DNA from: Asterias rubens
Taxonomy: Eukaryota
Assembly (NCBI RefSeq): GCF_902459465.1
Contig: NC_047062.1
Span: 17,608,001 to 17,672,000 of the forward strand
Reading direction: 5' to 3'
Length of the DNA: 64,000 bases
Position numbers and translations under genes: made by a program. Numbering within the stretch: position 1 is the stretch's first letter; every line of letters starts with the position of its first letter. Below, piece after piece: positions 13,101 through 24,671 of the stretch. Below the pieces are notes generated by a model that was given only the letters and a program-made list of their open reading frames with translations, did not search any database and was not told the origin of the DNA.

Positions 13101-14243
13101 TGGAATAAATATTTATATACAATTTTGCAGATGACGTATGGATATTTGATGTTGACAGTCGAACATGGCATCAGCAGAAAAGTGTACCCTCAGAAACAAG
13201 GTGAGTTAAAGAGTTTGCACATCGGGGCCCCTCAAATAGTTGTTCTGATATTGCCATTCGGTCTTCCAGAGTTTCCAATGATTCTCACCCATGTATTTTT
13301 GTTTACCCTTGGAAGGATGTGGCACACTGCGGTGCAAGGAATAGATGTTGGAGAAACCGTCATCTTCGGCGGATGTAGCAACAATCTCTTAAACCCTGAA
13401 GAGAGAAGCGTCCACTCCAGAAAGGTCATTACTCTCTCATTCAGCCCAATAAGTCTCTCAAGGTAAGTTACTGTAAAAACGGTTATTTTTCCCTCGCTGA
13501 TGCATTGTGTACTTGCTTCTTTTAGCCCGAACTAGTCATAACCCATTTCATTTCATTTTATTTGCCAGCGACAAATTGCAAATCAACAAGAACAAACAAT
13601 ACATTAGTTTAAAGAAGAATACAACAATATAAAAACACCTAGCAAAGTACTGATCAATGCAGGAAACAACCTCCAGCGGGGGTGGTTGACAAAACCAGCA
13701 GAACGGAAAACAAAGAACCCTGGCAGGAAAAGCCAATAGCGACAGAAAGTCACTTTCGAAGTTGCTGACCAATTGGTTCTAGAACCACAAAAAGACCAAA
13801 CAAAACCTGTCAGAAGCAGGGTTCTGCCCTCAGTGGTCGGTGTCGGAAAACCCGCCCGGCACTCAGGATTCTCATAAATCTCCTGTTTCTGACCACTACG
13901 CATTTTCAATTTTTTTTATCTGAAGCCATCAGTTTTGAGCATTTCTTTTGATTTGAGGATCTACCGTGAAACTGATCCATCTTACAATGGTTTCCAGGGA
14001 AACATTTTTCCACCACTACAGAAGTCTATGGCAGAACCCTGCAGAAAGGAATTATTCATTCTCCTTTCCATTTACAGACTCAGCATAGAGGCCATCGTCA
14101 GTGATATAGATGTACTGAAGAGTGAACTCAGCTCTCTGCCGACGTTACTACAACGGAAGGTAGAGCTACGTCTACACAGTTCATCGCCAGAGAGCTCCAA
14201 AAGCCACGATTACAACCTCAGATCAAGACCTCGTAGTTTATGA
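7196..14243 (+). CDS. KLHDC2: Kelch domain-containing protein 2-like (KLHDC1/2 family), 11 coding exons, ~413 aa
   Basis: join(7196-7306,8588-8679,8816-8930,9607-9710,10334-10445,10684-10755,11313-11452,12643-12755,13131-13200,13316-13462,14078-14243) = 1242 nt, phases consistent. Motifs PRSGHVAV..WGGY, PGMSGSCA, PSPRDKL..W, GWNN, PSPRAAH, GRSWH, RMWHTA, FGGCSNNLL match the KLHDC1/2 pattern. Confidence 0.9.
7879..8130. mobile_element. GGGCCCAATTTCAT-type MITE (PIF/Harbinger-like ends)
   Basis: Terminal inverted repeats GG(T/G)CCCAATTTCATGGCTCTGCTTACCG; related copies near 9041-9099, 14320-14510, 22725-22918 and a partial at 49619. Confidence 0.7.
8961..9245 (+). mobile_element. tRNA-derived SINE-like element interrupted by a short MITE
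   Basis: A-box/B-box-like head (GTGACCAAGGGGTCTAGG ... GGTTTGATTCC) then the body motif GTCCTTGAG..ACTTT..CACCCAGGAGTACAAATAGGTAC, also seen near 22985-23070 and 28560-28720. Confidence 0.55.
10951..11285. mobile_element. TTAA-flanked MITE family A (Kolobok/piggyBac-like), diverged copy
   Basis: TTAAAGGCA..GACAC..TGGTAATTGTCAAAGAC ... TACCAAA..TGTCCAGTGCCTTTAA; same family as the other copies listed. Confidence 0.75.
11872..12038. mobile_element. Whole-length palindromic (hairpin) element
   Basis: Arms GGGAATCAAAGTGTG..GGTTTTCAACTAGTGG..GAGGCCTG pair with CAGGCCTC..CCACTAGTTGAAAACC..CACACATTGATTCCC around the core ACCTCGACTTCGTCTCGGT. Confidence 0.75.
12830..12980 (-). mobile_element. tRNA-derived SINE-like element
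   Basis: Minus-strand CTAGTGGTCAGACATCTGCTCTAGCAATGCAAAGATCATGGGTTCGAATCC head plus a body shared with copies at about 57835-58010, 58095-58225, 59785-59835 and 60165-60220. Confidence 0.6.
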
Positions 14244-15319
14244 CGCCAGTTTCTCACTAGTACTTTTTATACCATGATTGAGTATTTATACCATCATTGA
14301 GGCCTGCGTCTCACACAAACCCAATTTCGTAAAGCTTGTAAGCATAAAAACTTGCGAAGCACAGACAAAATCTTGCTTAACAGAAACTGGTTACCAGCCA
14401 AAATTCCATAAAGTTGACATTGTTGCACCCGGTGCCCCACTCATTTTTGGCTAAACAAGGAACTTTTCTAAGCAGTATTTTATGTTGAGCAGCTTTATGA
14501 AATTGGGTCATGGAATGTTCATGACAAGTTTTTTCAAAATTTCCCTGACTGCAGATTTTGTTGGTGCAAGTACATACAAAATCCTGTGCTCTTGCAGCCA
14601 TGTCATTGAATACACCACAAAGTACATCGTCTTTTTCACGTCATTTCATCACTCAATTTTTAGGAAGTAGTCGTGGAATATGCCTGGTTGTATTCTTCCT
14701 TTAAACAATTCTATTCAGTGCCTTTCTATATGAATAGTAGGATTTGAAACTTGGTGGGGAGTATAATACAAGGCGAGGTTTGCAGTAGCGCACTGGTGGT
14801 GTTCCTTTGTAACTAGAGGATTGGAATACATTTCTCCTAAAAATAATTGGTTTGTTATTTTTATTTATTTGAAGAGGACATTGTTTTGAAACATTTTGAA
14901 CCACAAAGTGACAGAAGACTTGTTTGTCATAATCATATATATGGAGTGATAGTTTCCTGGTTGAAACTCAAATCAAAATGCACAAACAAAAATGCTAAAT
15001 TGATTTGTACATAATGTACATATATTGTATACCATTTATTCATATTATCCTTTTTTATACAAACAAATAATCAAAACATACGTGGCTCAAATTTCCTTCT
15101 TTTGCTGCATTAGGATTACACAAATAAAGAAAAGTAATTGTTATGCAGGGTTTGAATCACAAGGAGATGTTTAGTATTATCATGGAAATCATATGTTAAT
15201 CGTAACTTGCCCCGAATGAATGGATTCCACAAAGCCAACTATACCGTCACACTGCAAGGCCAAGGCCCATCTTACTCCACAGCTTTTGGCGTTTGGTTTC
15301 CTTATTAGTCTTCTCCCCC

Positions 15320-15693
15320 TTAAAGGCACTGGACACTATTGGTAATTACTCAAGAAATATTTTAGCATAAAAACTTACTTGGTAACGAGTAATGGAGAGC
15401 TGTAAATAGTATAAACATTATGAGAAACGGCTCCCTCTGAAGTAACGTAGTTTTTGAGAAAGAAGTAATTTTCGACGAATTTGATTTCAAGACCTCAGAA
15501 TTAGATTGTGAGGTCTATCTGAAAGCAGACAACTTGGTAAGACAAGGGTGTTTTTTTATTTCATTCATATCTTGTAACTTCGACGACCAAATGAGCTCAA
15601 ATGTTCACAGGTTTGTTATTTTATGCATATGTTGAAATGCACCAAGTCGGAAGACTGGTCTTGACAATTACCAATAGTGTCCAGTGTCTTTAA
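15320..15693. mobile_element. TTAA-flanked MITE family A
   Basis: TTAAAGGCACTGGACACTATTGGTAATT ... AATTACCAATAGTGTCCAGTGTCTTTAA TIRs. Confidence 0.85.
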
Positions 15694-16885
15694 CCCTTTT
15701 GAGACCATAGCGGCCACTAGCAGTACCAAAATGCCATAATGGCCGCAAAATTTGACCTACTTCCATTCACATAAAGGTAATGTTCGGATATGAAATTTTC
15801 TAATGTTTCCTATGTTAACATAGCATCCCAATTTCTAAAATCAAAACAAATTTTATGTTTCATGATATTTTTGCTGAAAAAGTAGGAGCCAAGACTCCAA
15901 ACACGGAGTCTTGGCTGTGGATGTGGTGCACCATGGGTCAGTTCGTTGTAAGTCTGACGTCATCATGGGCTCAATTCTTGATAGTCGTAAAATAAATACG
16001 AATCAATGACAGCCATTGAAACATAATAGACATGATGCATAGGGGGTCATACTGTCACAAGAACCATTGAGTCTTAGATACAAAGACAGATTAGCGGACA
16101 AGATTGCAGCCAATATTATAAAAACAAATTAATAATTACGAAATTCACGATGACAATAATTTCAAGAGTTGAAATCTCCAAAATTCGATGATGGCTCTCA
16201 GCGAGGGGAAGCAGAGTTGAATGCTTTCAGGAAATGAACAAAATAATCCCCATTATATGCAAAAATTCAAAATTTGCGACAAACTGATTTGTGTCATATG
16301 CGCACAATGCTTGATGTGGTCTTGCATACGATGGGTGCGTTCGTTTAGCTTCCTGGGTCTACCCTGCGGTGCTCACTCGGATGAGGCCCTGACAAGAGCT
16401 AAACGAACGACCACTCACCGCTCATGTAGTGACGTCGTTTACCGTGGGCCAGCCCCCAAGTGACCCACTCCACAAGCCAGGCACTGGGGGCTGACCTGGG
16501 TGAGCCCCTGGAATGACATCAAAAGCTATTTGAACGCCCAGGGGCAGCAGACCGGGGATGACCCAGGGAAGCTAAACAACGCACCCAATATAACAAATAG
16601 GATGGGACAAAACTGCTCAGTGATTGGAACCAAAAGGACCAATTTTGCAAGGAACGCCCGACATAAACAACTGATCTTTTCAGTTATGAAAAAATTCTGC
16701 GAGCCTAAATTATTGTCGTAGGTCAATACTTGCTACAAAATGTCACACTGTTTTGAAATTTTGCAAGGAATGTAGAACATGTAAACAGTTGCTGTCCTCT
16801 CACATGAAGCTAATTTTGTAATATATTACAAACAATGCGAAAATTTCGTCAGGAATGGGTTTTTTTTTCGTCGTGTGAAAAGGGC
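15694..16885. mobile_element. piggyBac-like non-autonomous element
   Basis: TTAA|CCCTTTTGAGAC at left and GTGTGAAAAGGG(C)|TTAA at right; no transposase ORF inside. Confidence 0.55.
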
Positions 16886-16895
16886 TTAATTCTAG

Positions 16896-19800
16896 TTATA
16901 AATGACTCTGTTTCTGCTGGTGTTGTTGCCGGCTAGGTCCAGCCAGAGGTACATCCCTTTCATCCCAGAGAGACACGCCGTCACATTGACAGATCTTTTT
17001 GACATTCTCAAAGAGACCTGCTGACCTAGCTATGATTCCACAGGCAACCCTTTGAAGTAAGCAAAACAATAACATTCTTTAAGTTGCAAGGTAATTGTAA
17101 ACATAAAAACATTGACCCTTCTGTTCATTGACCCCAATTGCTAAAACTGACCAAATGTATTAGTTAAAGACAGTGGACACTATTGGTAATTGTGAAAGAC
17201 TAGCCTTCACAGTTGGTGTATCTCAACATATGCATAAAATAACTGACCTGTGAAAATTTGAGCTCAATCGGTCATCAAAGTTGTGAGATAATAGTGAAAG
17301 AAAAAAACACCCTTGTCACACGAAGTTGTGTGCGTATAGATGGTTGATTTCGAGACCTCAAGTTCTAAATATGAGGTCTCGAAATCAAATTCGTGGAAAA
17401 TTTCTTCTTCCTCGAAAACTATGGCACTTCAGAGGGAGCCGTTTCTCACAATGTTTTATACCATCAACCTCTCCCCATTACTCGTCACCAAGAAAGGTTT
17501 TATGATAATAATTATTTTGAGTAGTTACCAATAGTGTCCACTGCCTTTAAGCCTGGTGACAGAAATACGCATAATGGTAAGAAAAAAAATAAAAGATGAA
17601 GAAATATTAAGCCCTGTAGTGTGTATTATTACCCAAATTCTTATAAAAGGAACTCTTAAACTGATTAGCAATAACTTCCAGAAGCCTACTACTGTGTATT
17701 CCTAATAGGGATTATTCTTCCGGCATGGATATATTTGCTCCGGACTTCCAGGGATATCTCAAATAACCCACCACCTTTTGAAATGAAATTTTCCCATGTT
17801 AGTTTTATTGTATAAATCTACATACTTATAAACGATTATAACAATCGAAATGCTCCAATAAAACAAAGGTATACTTTGCCTTTAAAGTTATTCTTAAGAC
17901 TGGTATCATATTCAGCATTGCAACTTACCCTGGACCACTGTTGCCATCTTGTTTTGAGTTTGGTGTTTCACCTTGGCCTAAATCATCTCCTCTACTGTGC
18001 ATCACCATACACCGACCAATCACATCCCATACCTACATTCCAATGAGTCAATCAGAAACTTTGTGTCAATTTGAATGTGAAACCTTCCGATTGTACATAA
18101 GAGACTGGTATGAAACTCTAATTGAGGGCACACTTTCACTCTTACACAATTCAAATATTCAATCAGGTTTTAAATGAGTAAGGCACTAAGCATTTAAGTC
18201 AGGCACTAAGCATTTTAGTTCCAACAGCACGTGCTGTGTTGGTTTTTTGCTTACATAGCCATCCTCAGGTCAACCTTTGTGATGACAGAGACCAGCCCGC
18301 AGTTAACATGTCCTCGCAAACTCCGGTCTTACAATTCTAGTCTCCTTATTGAGCCCATATCCAATCATTCATGGGGAGACCGATCTTTCTCACATGCTGC
18401 CCCACGCCTATGGAACAAACTGCCTGCACTAGTAAAATCATCTGTTTCTTTAACACAATTTAAGAAAAACCTTAAGACACATCTTTTCAACCAAGTATTT
18501 GAGAAAATGGTTTGATTTCTACCCTTCGATGTTTTCTTTGATATTGCATTTGTATTGTATTTCTCTTCAACATGTTCTGGATTTCTTCTTAGCTTAGACT
18601 TACGTTTAAATTTTGGTTATTGTACATGTAAATATTATTCTTTGTATTTAGGGCCATGAGCACTTTGATGGATTTGTGCGCTTTATAAGTTCTCATTATT
18701 ATTATGTCAGGGGACTGCAGTTAACATGTCAGGGGACTGCAGTTAACATGTCAGAGGACTGCAGTTAACATGTCAGGGGACTGCTGGGCTTGAGCAAGGA
18801 CTGTTGAGAATTATCAGTTGCTGATTGTTTACAACCTAGGAACAACTACAATGATGTTAAGATGTGGCATTAGTCACTCATCAAAAAAGTCAATGGTGGC
18901 ACGCAAGATTAGGAACAAAATAAAACTTATCTAGCCCTAATGTCTGGTGGTCTCCCTTTTTTGTCAATATCCTTTTTTCAGGGGTGACTGTCAGAAGGCA
19001 TTAAACCTGTAACTGCCGTGTAGCCAGGGATCACACCCAAATTTACGATACAACCTTGGAAGCGGCAGCCAAGAGATCACCCATCTTAAGGAGATCCAAC
19101 TTTTTTTCCTTTCTAATATCAAGTATTAACCCAAAAGGGAAACTGACTGAATAAATTTTCAAATTATGTCATTTTGAAAGGGTTCTAATTTGATCCATAA
19201 AATGCAGCCCAACAATACTTCAATCTGTGACCAACCTGCACCCTGTCATTCTCCATACGGAATACAGCACGTCCGTTATCATCAGCCACTACGTTACCAA
19301 GGTCTCCATGATGCTAAAAATAATTCAAAACAAAAAGATTAGCTCCAAAAAGTAAGTGAAACAGTACATAATACATAAATAGATCACAGAACAAAACATT
19401 AGTTCCAGAAAGTAAGTAAAACAGCGCATAATTAAATAGATCACAGAATTATAAAACTGTGCGGATTTATTTAAACTGGCAGTATTAACTTCAGTGAAAT
19501 TGTTGAAAAAGACATTTAATTTTTTTATAATATGAATTTAATTATTTTTACTGGCCTGATGTTTCAACCCTTCTTTCTCAAAAACCTAAATGACAAAACA
19601 ACACACATAAACAGCCACACTGGTGTAACAGAAGCAGTCAAGTGGAAAGAGATGAAAAGAGAGAGTTATGAAGGTGACCAACTAAAAATATAAATGATGA
19701 AGGTGACCAACTAAAAATATAAATGAAAAACTTACCCTTTCATCATCAGAAGGACCTCCATGTCTTGAGTTGGTCGGATTAAAATGCATCCCACAACTGG

Positions 19801-22800
19801 GTTAGAATAAAAATTAGAATAAAAGAATAAAAGAATAAAAGTTGTTCTTAGAAAAAAGGTTGCTGAACTGCTCACAAAAAGTAAGGAAACTTTTTTCAAT
19901 CCAGTATATTTGTTATTATTTAATAATCTCTTTGTATATGGTATATATCAATGCAAAGTTGAACTGTTCCTCTTTAAAATAATACCACATTTGCAATGAT
20001 TACATGTTGCTGAACTTGGCTACACGAATAACAATGAGGCAAAGTCACAAATCAAATGTGCCAAAATTACCGTTGTCTGTGTATGGTCAATAGGTAATGC
20101 TCATTAATCAAACCGATCAAGCTTTTCAGAACCATTAACGGTTTACAGTTTTTTACACAATGATTTGCACCAGTGAGCTCATTGGACACAACTTGCCCTC
20201 ATCTCATGAAAAACCCCTTGTTTGATGGGTATTTGCAAGATGATATACTACAGCCGAATGCAGTCCCATACTTGCAGACTTTGGACCAAATGCCATCTTT
20301 CAAGATGCCAACGCTCGCCCCCATCGAGCCCGACTGGTGACTGACTACCTGAAAAATGTTGGGGTGCACCGGATGGATTGGCCCGCTAACAGTCCAGACC
20401 TGAATCCCATGGAACATATATGGGACCAGCTTGGCCTCGCTGTCCGTGCCAGAACCACCAACACATCAACTTTGACTGACCTATCCAGGTTCCTTAATGA
20501 AGAATGGAACGCCATCCCTCATCATCAGCGCATCACAAGACTTGTGTGCAGCATGAGAAGAAGGTGCCAGGCTGTCATCAACGCCTTCGGATCATCCACT
20601 CGTTACTAAACTTCTTGTATCAATAAAGTGTATTAAGATCAGTAAGTTGTCTTGCTCTACACCAAACTTCTTGTCTCAATAAAGTGGATTAAGATCAGTA
20701 AGTTTGAATTACAGTGTCAATTTGATTGTTCATACAGTAACACAATAATATTGCTAATTTTGGCACATTTGATTTGTGACTTTGTCTCATTCTCATTAAC
20801 GTGGTCAAGTCCAGCAACATGTAATCATTGCAAATGTGGTATCATTTTAAAGAGGAACAGTTCAGCTTCGCAAATATATATACCATGTACAAAAAGAGTA
20901 TTAAATAATAACAAATATACTGGATTGAAAAATGTTTCCTTACTTTTTGTGAGCAGTTTAGAATAGAGAATGATATCATTCCACAAAAGGATCATTGCAG
21001 AAAACAAAGTTGTTATGATTTTATTTCTGGGGTGTTAATGCGTACTTAAATGGTTTCCAAATATCAAGGAATCCTTTGTGGTTAAATATCAAACATAAAA
21101 ACCTAAGGCAATACAAAAACAATGTCTATCTTAAATGACCAGAAAGAATATAGTTTGTGTGCTTACAGATGCTTGATTTCGATACCTCAATTTCTAAACT
21201 TGATGTCTCGAAATCAAATTCGTTGAAAATTACTTCTTTCTCAAAAAGTGCGTCACTTCAGAGGGAGCCGTTTCTCACAATGTTTTATATTACTACACGG
21301 CGTGCAGTACCCAGACGTCCTTTGCGTATATGAGGATTATAAATTAATAGTCTGTAACCATTTCGGATTGCACGACACAACATGCAGCACAGTAAAAGTT
21401 TTTGCAATCTGTATTCGCGTCGTCCGTTGATTGTACCATTCAGGTCTGTAACTTAATAATAATAGTACAGTATTTAGAAATGTTTGGGGTGTTATAAAAC
21501 AAATATTGACTGCTTTTACTAGTGCAATATAGAACTATGACTCCCTCGGTGATCCCCGTGGCGTTCTATTTGCCCTCGGCTTTGCCTCGGGAACATAGTA
21601 CGCTCCGGGTTCACCAAGGGAGTCATAGTTTTAATCATAGCACTCGAAGCAGTCAATATTTGTATACTATCAACCTCTCCTCATTACTCGTTACCAAGTG
21701 AGATTTTATGCTGATAATTATTTTGAGTAATTACCAAAAGTGTCCACTGCCTTTAACATTCCTACTATCTGACCATTCAATATGGTTGGAAACCAATAAC
21801 GATAACAATAATGAGAACCTCTTATAAATCGCTGGTATTCCCCACAGATGGGTGCACATAATAATAATGATAATAACAACAATTATCTAAAAAGTGCTTT
21901 CCTTGTCACATAGAAATCCCAAAGTGCTGCACAAATTAAAAATCCACAAGTTACTCAGAAACACACATAAAAGCAGTCAAAACAAAACACAGATAATTTA
22001 ACATTAACAATTAGTTATTACAAAGTAAACCTTAAAGAGGTGGGTTTCAAAGAAGTTTAAAGGGTATCAGCAGATAGAACATGTCTTCCACAATTTGCTA
22101 ATTTTTCATATTATTTTGACAGGTAAGCAGAGTGATGAACTACTCAGTTATTCAGTTATGTAAATTGCACCTAACCATGACCTACCAGTTACATCCATTA
22201 GAGAGGTCACCATACTCATGAATATTCAATGCATGTGCACCTGGTGTAAGACCTTGTTAATCATTATTCAGTTATGTAAATTGCACCTAACCATGACCTA
22301 CCAGTTACATCCATTAGAGAGGTCACCATACTCATGAATATTCAATGCGTGTGCACCTGGTGTAAGACTTTGTTAATCATTATTCAGTTATGTAAATTGC
22401 ACCTAACCATGACCTACCTGTTACATCCATCAGAGAGGTCACCATACTCATGAATATTCAATGCGTGTGCACCTGGTGTAAGACCATCAACCGTTCCCTC
22501 GATGATGCAACTGTTATTGGCCAATTGAAGCATTCGGATAACTCCTCTGATTGGACCATCGTGGGGAGTGTCTAAAATTGACACCGCTGTACCAAGATGT
22601 TTATCTTTTGAAAAATCACAGAAAGAGAGATTAATCATAAGAAACAAAACTCGAGAGATGGGTCACATACAATATCAACTATATCAACATAAATCCATGA
22701 TTGAAGCAACCTAAAAACCCAGTGCCCAAATTCATAGAGTTGCTTTTAAAAGCACAAAAAAGTTTTAAACCATTTGCTGCTTAGCAGAAATAAAGATACC

Positions 22801-24671
22801 AGTCAAAACTGTACAAGCGACATCATGGTAGTCGACTGAGACCTTATTCTGGCAAGCATAATTTTCCTATGCTTAGCTACTTTTTGTGCTTGAGCCATTC
22901 TATGAAACTTGGCCCAGTGTATGCCTACAATCGTGGCATGTTGCGCTCTACTGCACACCAGACACAAGTTCTGATGGCCCAGTCATCAGTGTGGGTTCGA
23001 ATCTTTGTCATGACACCTTATGTCCTTGACAAGACACTAAACCCATAACTTGCTTCTTTTAACCTAGGTGTATAAAAGCGAGAGCTAGGATGGTTTTAAT
23101 GTTGAATAAGCCCCTTAGCGCTAATATAAACAAAAGTTGTATGCTCCCTATCGAGTTGAGAAGGCTTTAGGATGCCTGATGATGAGAGACAACAGTCTTG
23201 TAAACTGATTTGATCAAGCTGCAAGGATAATCATACCAGTAGACACCCCTTGCCCTTTAATGAGGGCCCTCCTCCCAGTGGACTCAAGTAACTCCAACAG
23301 CTGAGACGACGGTAAGATGCTCTCGACAATTACTTGCTCTTGGGCCAGGTTAATGTCGAGTGACGACACACCTATAAAGAAAAAAAAAACAACCGTTTTT
23401 AATAAAGAGTTGTTAAAGCTTGGGTAAAAAATTGTTTTGAAGTTTGAACTGGAACCACTCATGTTGAAAGCAAAAGTGCCAGGAAATTTATTTTCTTTGC
23501 CTACGTGGTGTTTAAATCGTGGTTTTAAAAGCCTTACCCGGGCAATCTGGAGCAGTCAATATTATGGTCTTATTTGTAGGTTTTTTTGTGATTTTGATCT
23601 GAAGTAGAAAATGTATAACATTTGTTTTGCATCAGTCTCAATTTGTGTGTAATCACCCTTATACGCTAACTTGATGGGAGAAAAACCCTGACTCTTCTTG
23701 TCAACGAGAGACTCTGTGAAGCACATCATTAGTGTTGAAATCTTGTTGAAACCTTACCATTAACTCCTTCAAGTGTATTCTTGATGCTATCAACACATTT
23801 CTGACATGTCATCTGCACCGCAAATTCAACCTTAAAACAGAAATAAAGGTCAGGAATTATTCCACTTGTTTATTTTACTTTATTTTTATAAATTAAAGGG
23901 ACGTTACAGAATTGGTAAGGAACAAAAATCGTGAAGATCACAGATTTACATAAAACTTATATGGTGTGATGATGATAAAAAACATCCCCTGAAATATTTA
24001 TGTCTGAAAATGTCATATTTGATGCGAAATAAATATTCTTATTTGCCGTTTGGAGTTTATCGCTCAGGGAGATTTTTATTCATTTTTGTTTTTGCATCGA
24101 CGTCATGCAAAATGTGTAATAAGTTTTTCACTATTTTTCAGTGTTTGCCACTATCGGATCCACATTGGTCTTGAAAATGCTATTAGCAAACTGCGACATT
24201 CCTTCGGGCTACCGAGGGCTGAGATGGCTGATCAAGGGCCGTCAACTAAAAAGTCTGCTTTAACTTTCTGCTTTTTAAGGTAATATAATTAGCACTTAAC
24301 TTTTTGATTTAAGTTAAATTAAATTAGCAACAATAACAATACAAATTCCTCTCCAAAAGAAGAGGGAAATTAACTATAAAGTCCAACATCAACAAATATT
24401 TAAAAAAACAAAAAAAAACTTAAAAAAAATTAAGAAATTGGAACTGGAAGTTGGATATGATAGAAGTATTTCCCAATTTTTAAAATATAACTTTTCAAAA
24501 ATTCTCACAACTTTAACTACTGAACTGCTGAGTGGAGATGAAATTATAGGCCTGAACAAGTTGTCTAACTTAGTAATTTATACTTGTATTTGCTGCTTGT
24601 TTCGTTATTTAGCACTTTTAATTACTTCTTACCTTCACTGGAGTTGTCATTTTCTCTTTTATCAGAGCCAT
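16896..24671 (-). CDS. CCS: Copper chaperone for superoxide dismutase, 8 coding exons, ~276 aa
   Basis: complement join(24671-24633,23830-23758,23371-23237,22604-22418,19796-19736,19313-19236,18032-17929,17049-16896) = 831 nt. HMA motif VEFAVQMTCQKC, SOD-like domain (HFNP..RHGGP, HGDLGNV, WDVIGR, GNSG, ACGIIARSAG) and C-terminal ICQCDG CxC motif. Confidence 0.95.
17164..17550. mobile_element. TTAA-flanked MITE family A (in CCS intron)
   Basis: TTAAAGACAGTGGACACTATTGGTAA ... TTACCAATAGTGTCCACTGCCTTTAA. Confidence 0.85.
18312..18705 (+). mobile_element. 5'-truncated L2/CR1-group LINE 3' end (in CCS intron)
   Basis: Translates to the C-terminal motif WGDRSFSHAAPRLWNKLP..SLTQFKKNLKTHLF typical of L2-clade ORF2, followed by a GCGCTTTATAAG..(TAT)n tail. 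Confidence 0.75.
18705..18785 (+). repeat. 22-bp tandem repeat (ATGTCAGGGGACTGCAGTTAAC) x ~3.7
   Basis: Directly visible tandem copies immediately after the L2 tail. Confidence 0.9.
19866..20958 (+). mobile_element. Internally deleted Tc1-like transposon with long TIRs (in CCS intron)
   Basis: Imperfect TIRs of more than 150 bp (AACTGCTCACAAAAAGTAAGGAAAC...). Residual transposase C-terminus about 20230-20609 (QDANARPHRAR..DWPANSPDLNPMEHIW) with a frameshift near 20280. Confidence 0.9.
21164..21756. mobile_element. Partial MITE family A copy with a nested palindromic element (about 21498-21668)
   Basis: Family A internal sequence and right TIR (TTACCAAAAGTGTCCACTGCCTTTAA) are split by the hairpin ACAAATATTGACTGCTT...AAGCAGTCAATATTTGT with core CCCTCGGCTTTGCCTCGGG. 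Confidence 0.75.
22148..22487. repeat. 116-bp tandem triplication of the CCS exon 4 3' half plus donor and adjacent intron
   Basis: Unit starts at 22148, 22264 and 22380; the third unit contains the real exon/intron junction at 22418. Confidence 0.95.

Noticed and set aside
7196-14243. Kelch gene as a RAG2-like partner of the RAG1-like gene
   Set aside because: It matches the ordinary KLHDC1/2 family, has no PHD finger, and lies about 28 kb away beyond three unrelated host genes.
24150-24279. Plus-strand ORF MADQGPSTKK as the CCS or DMAC2 start
   Set aside because: Wrong strand for CCS (whose first exon is 24671-24633); cannot be joined in phase to DMAC2; lies in a repeat-like intronic segment.
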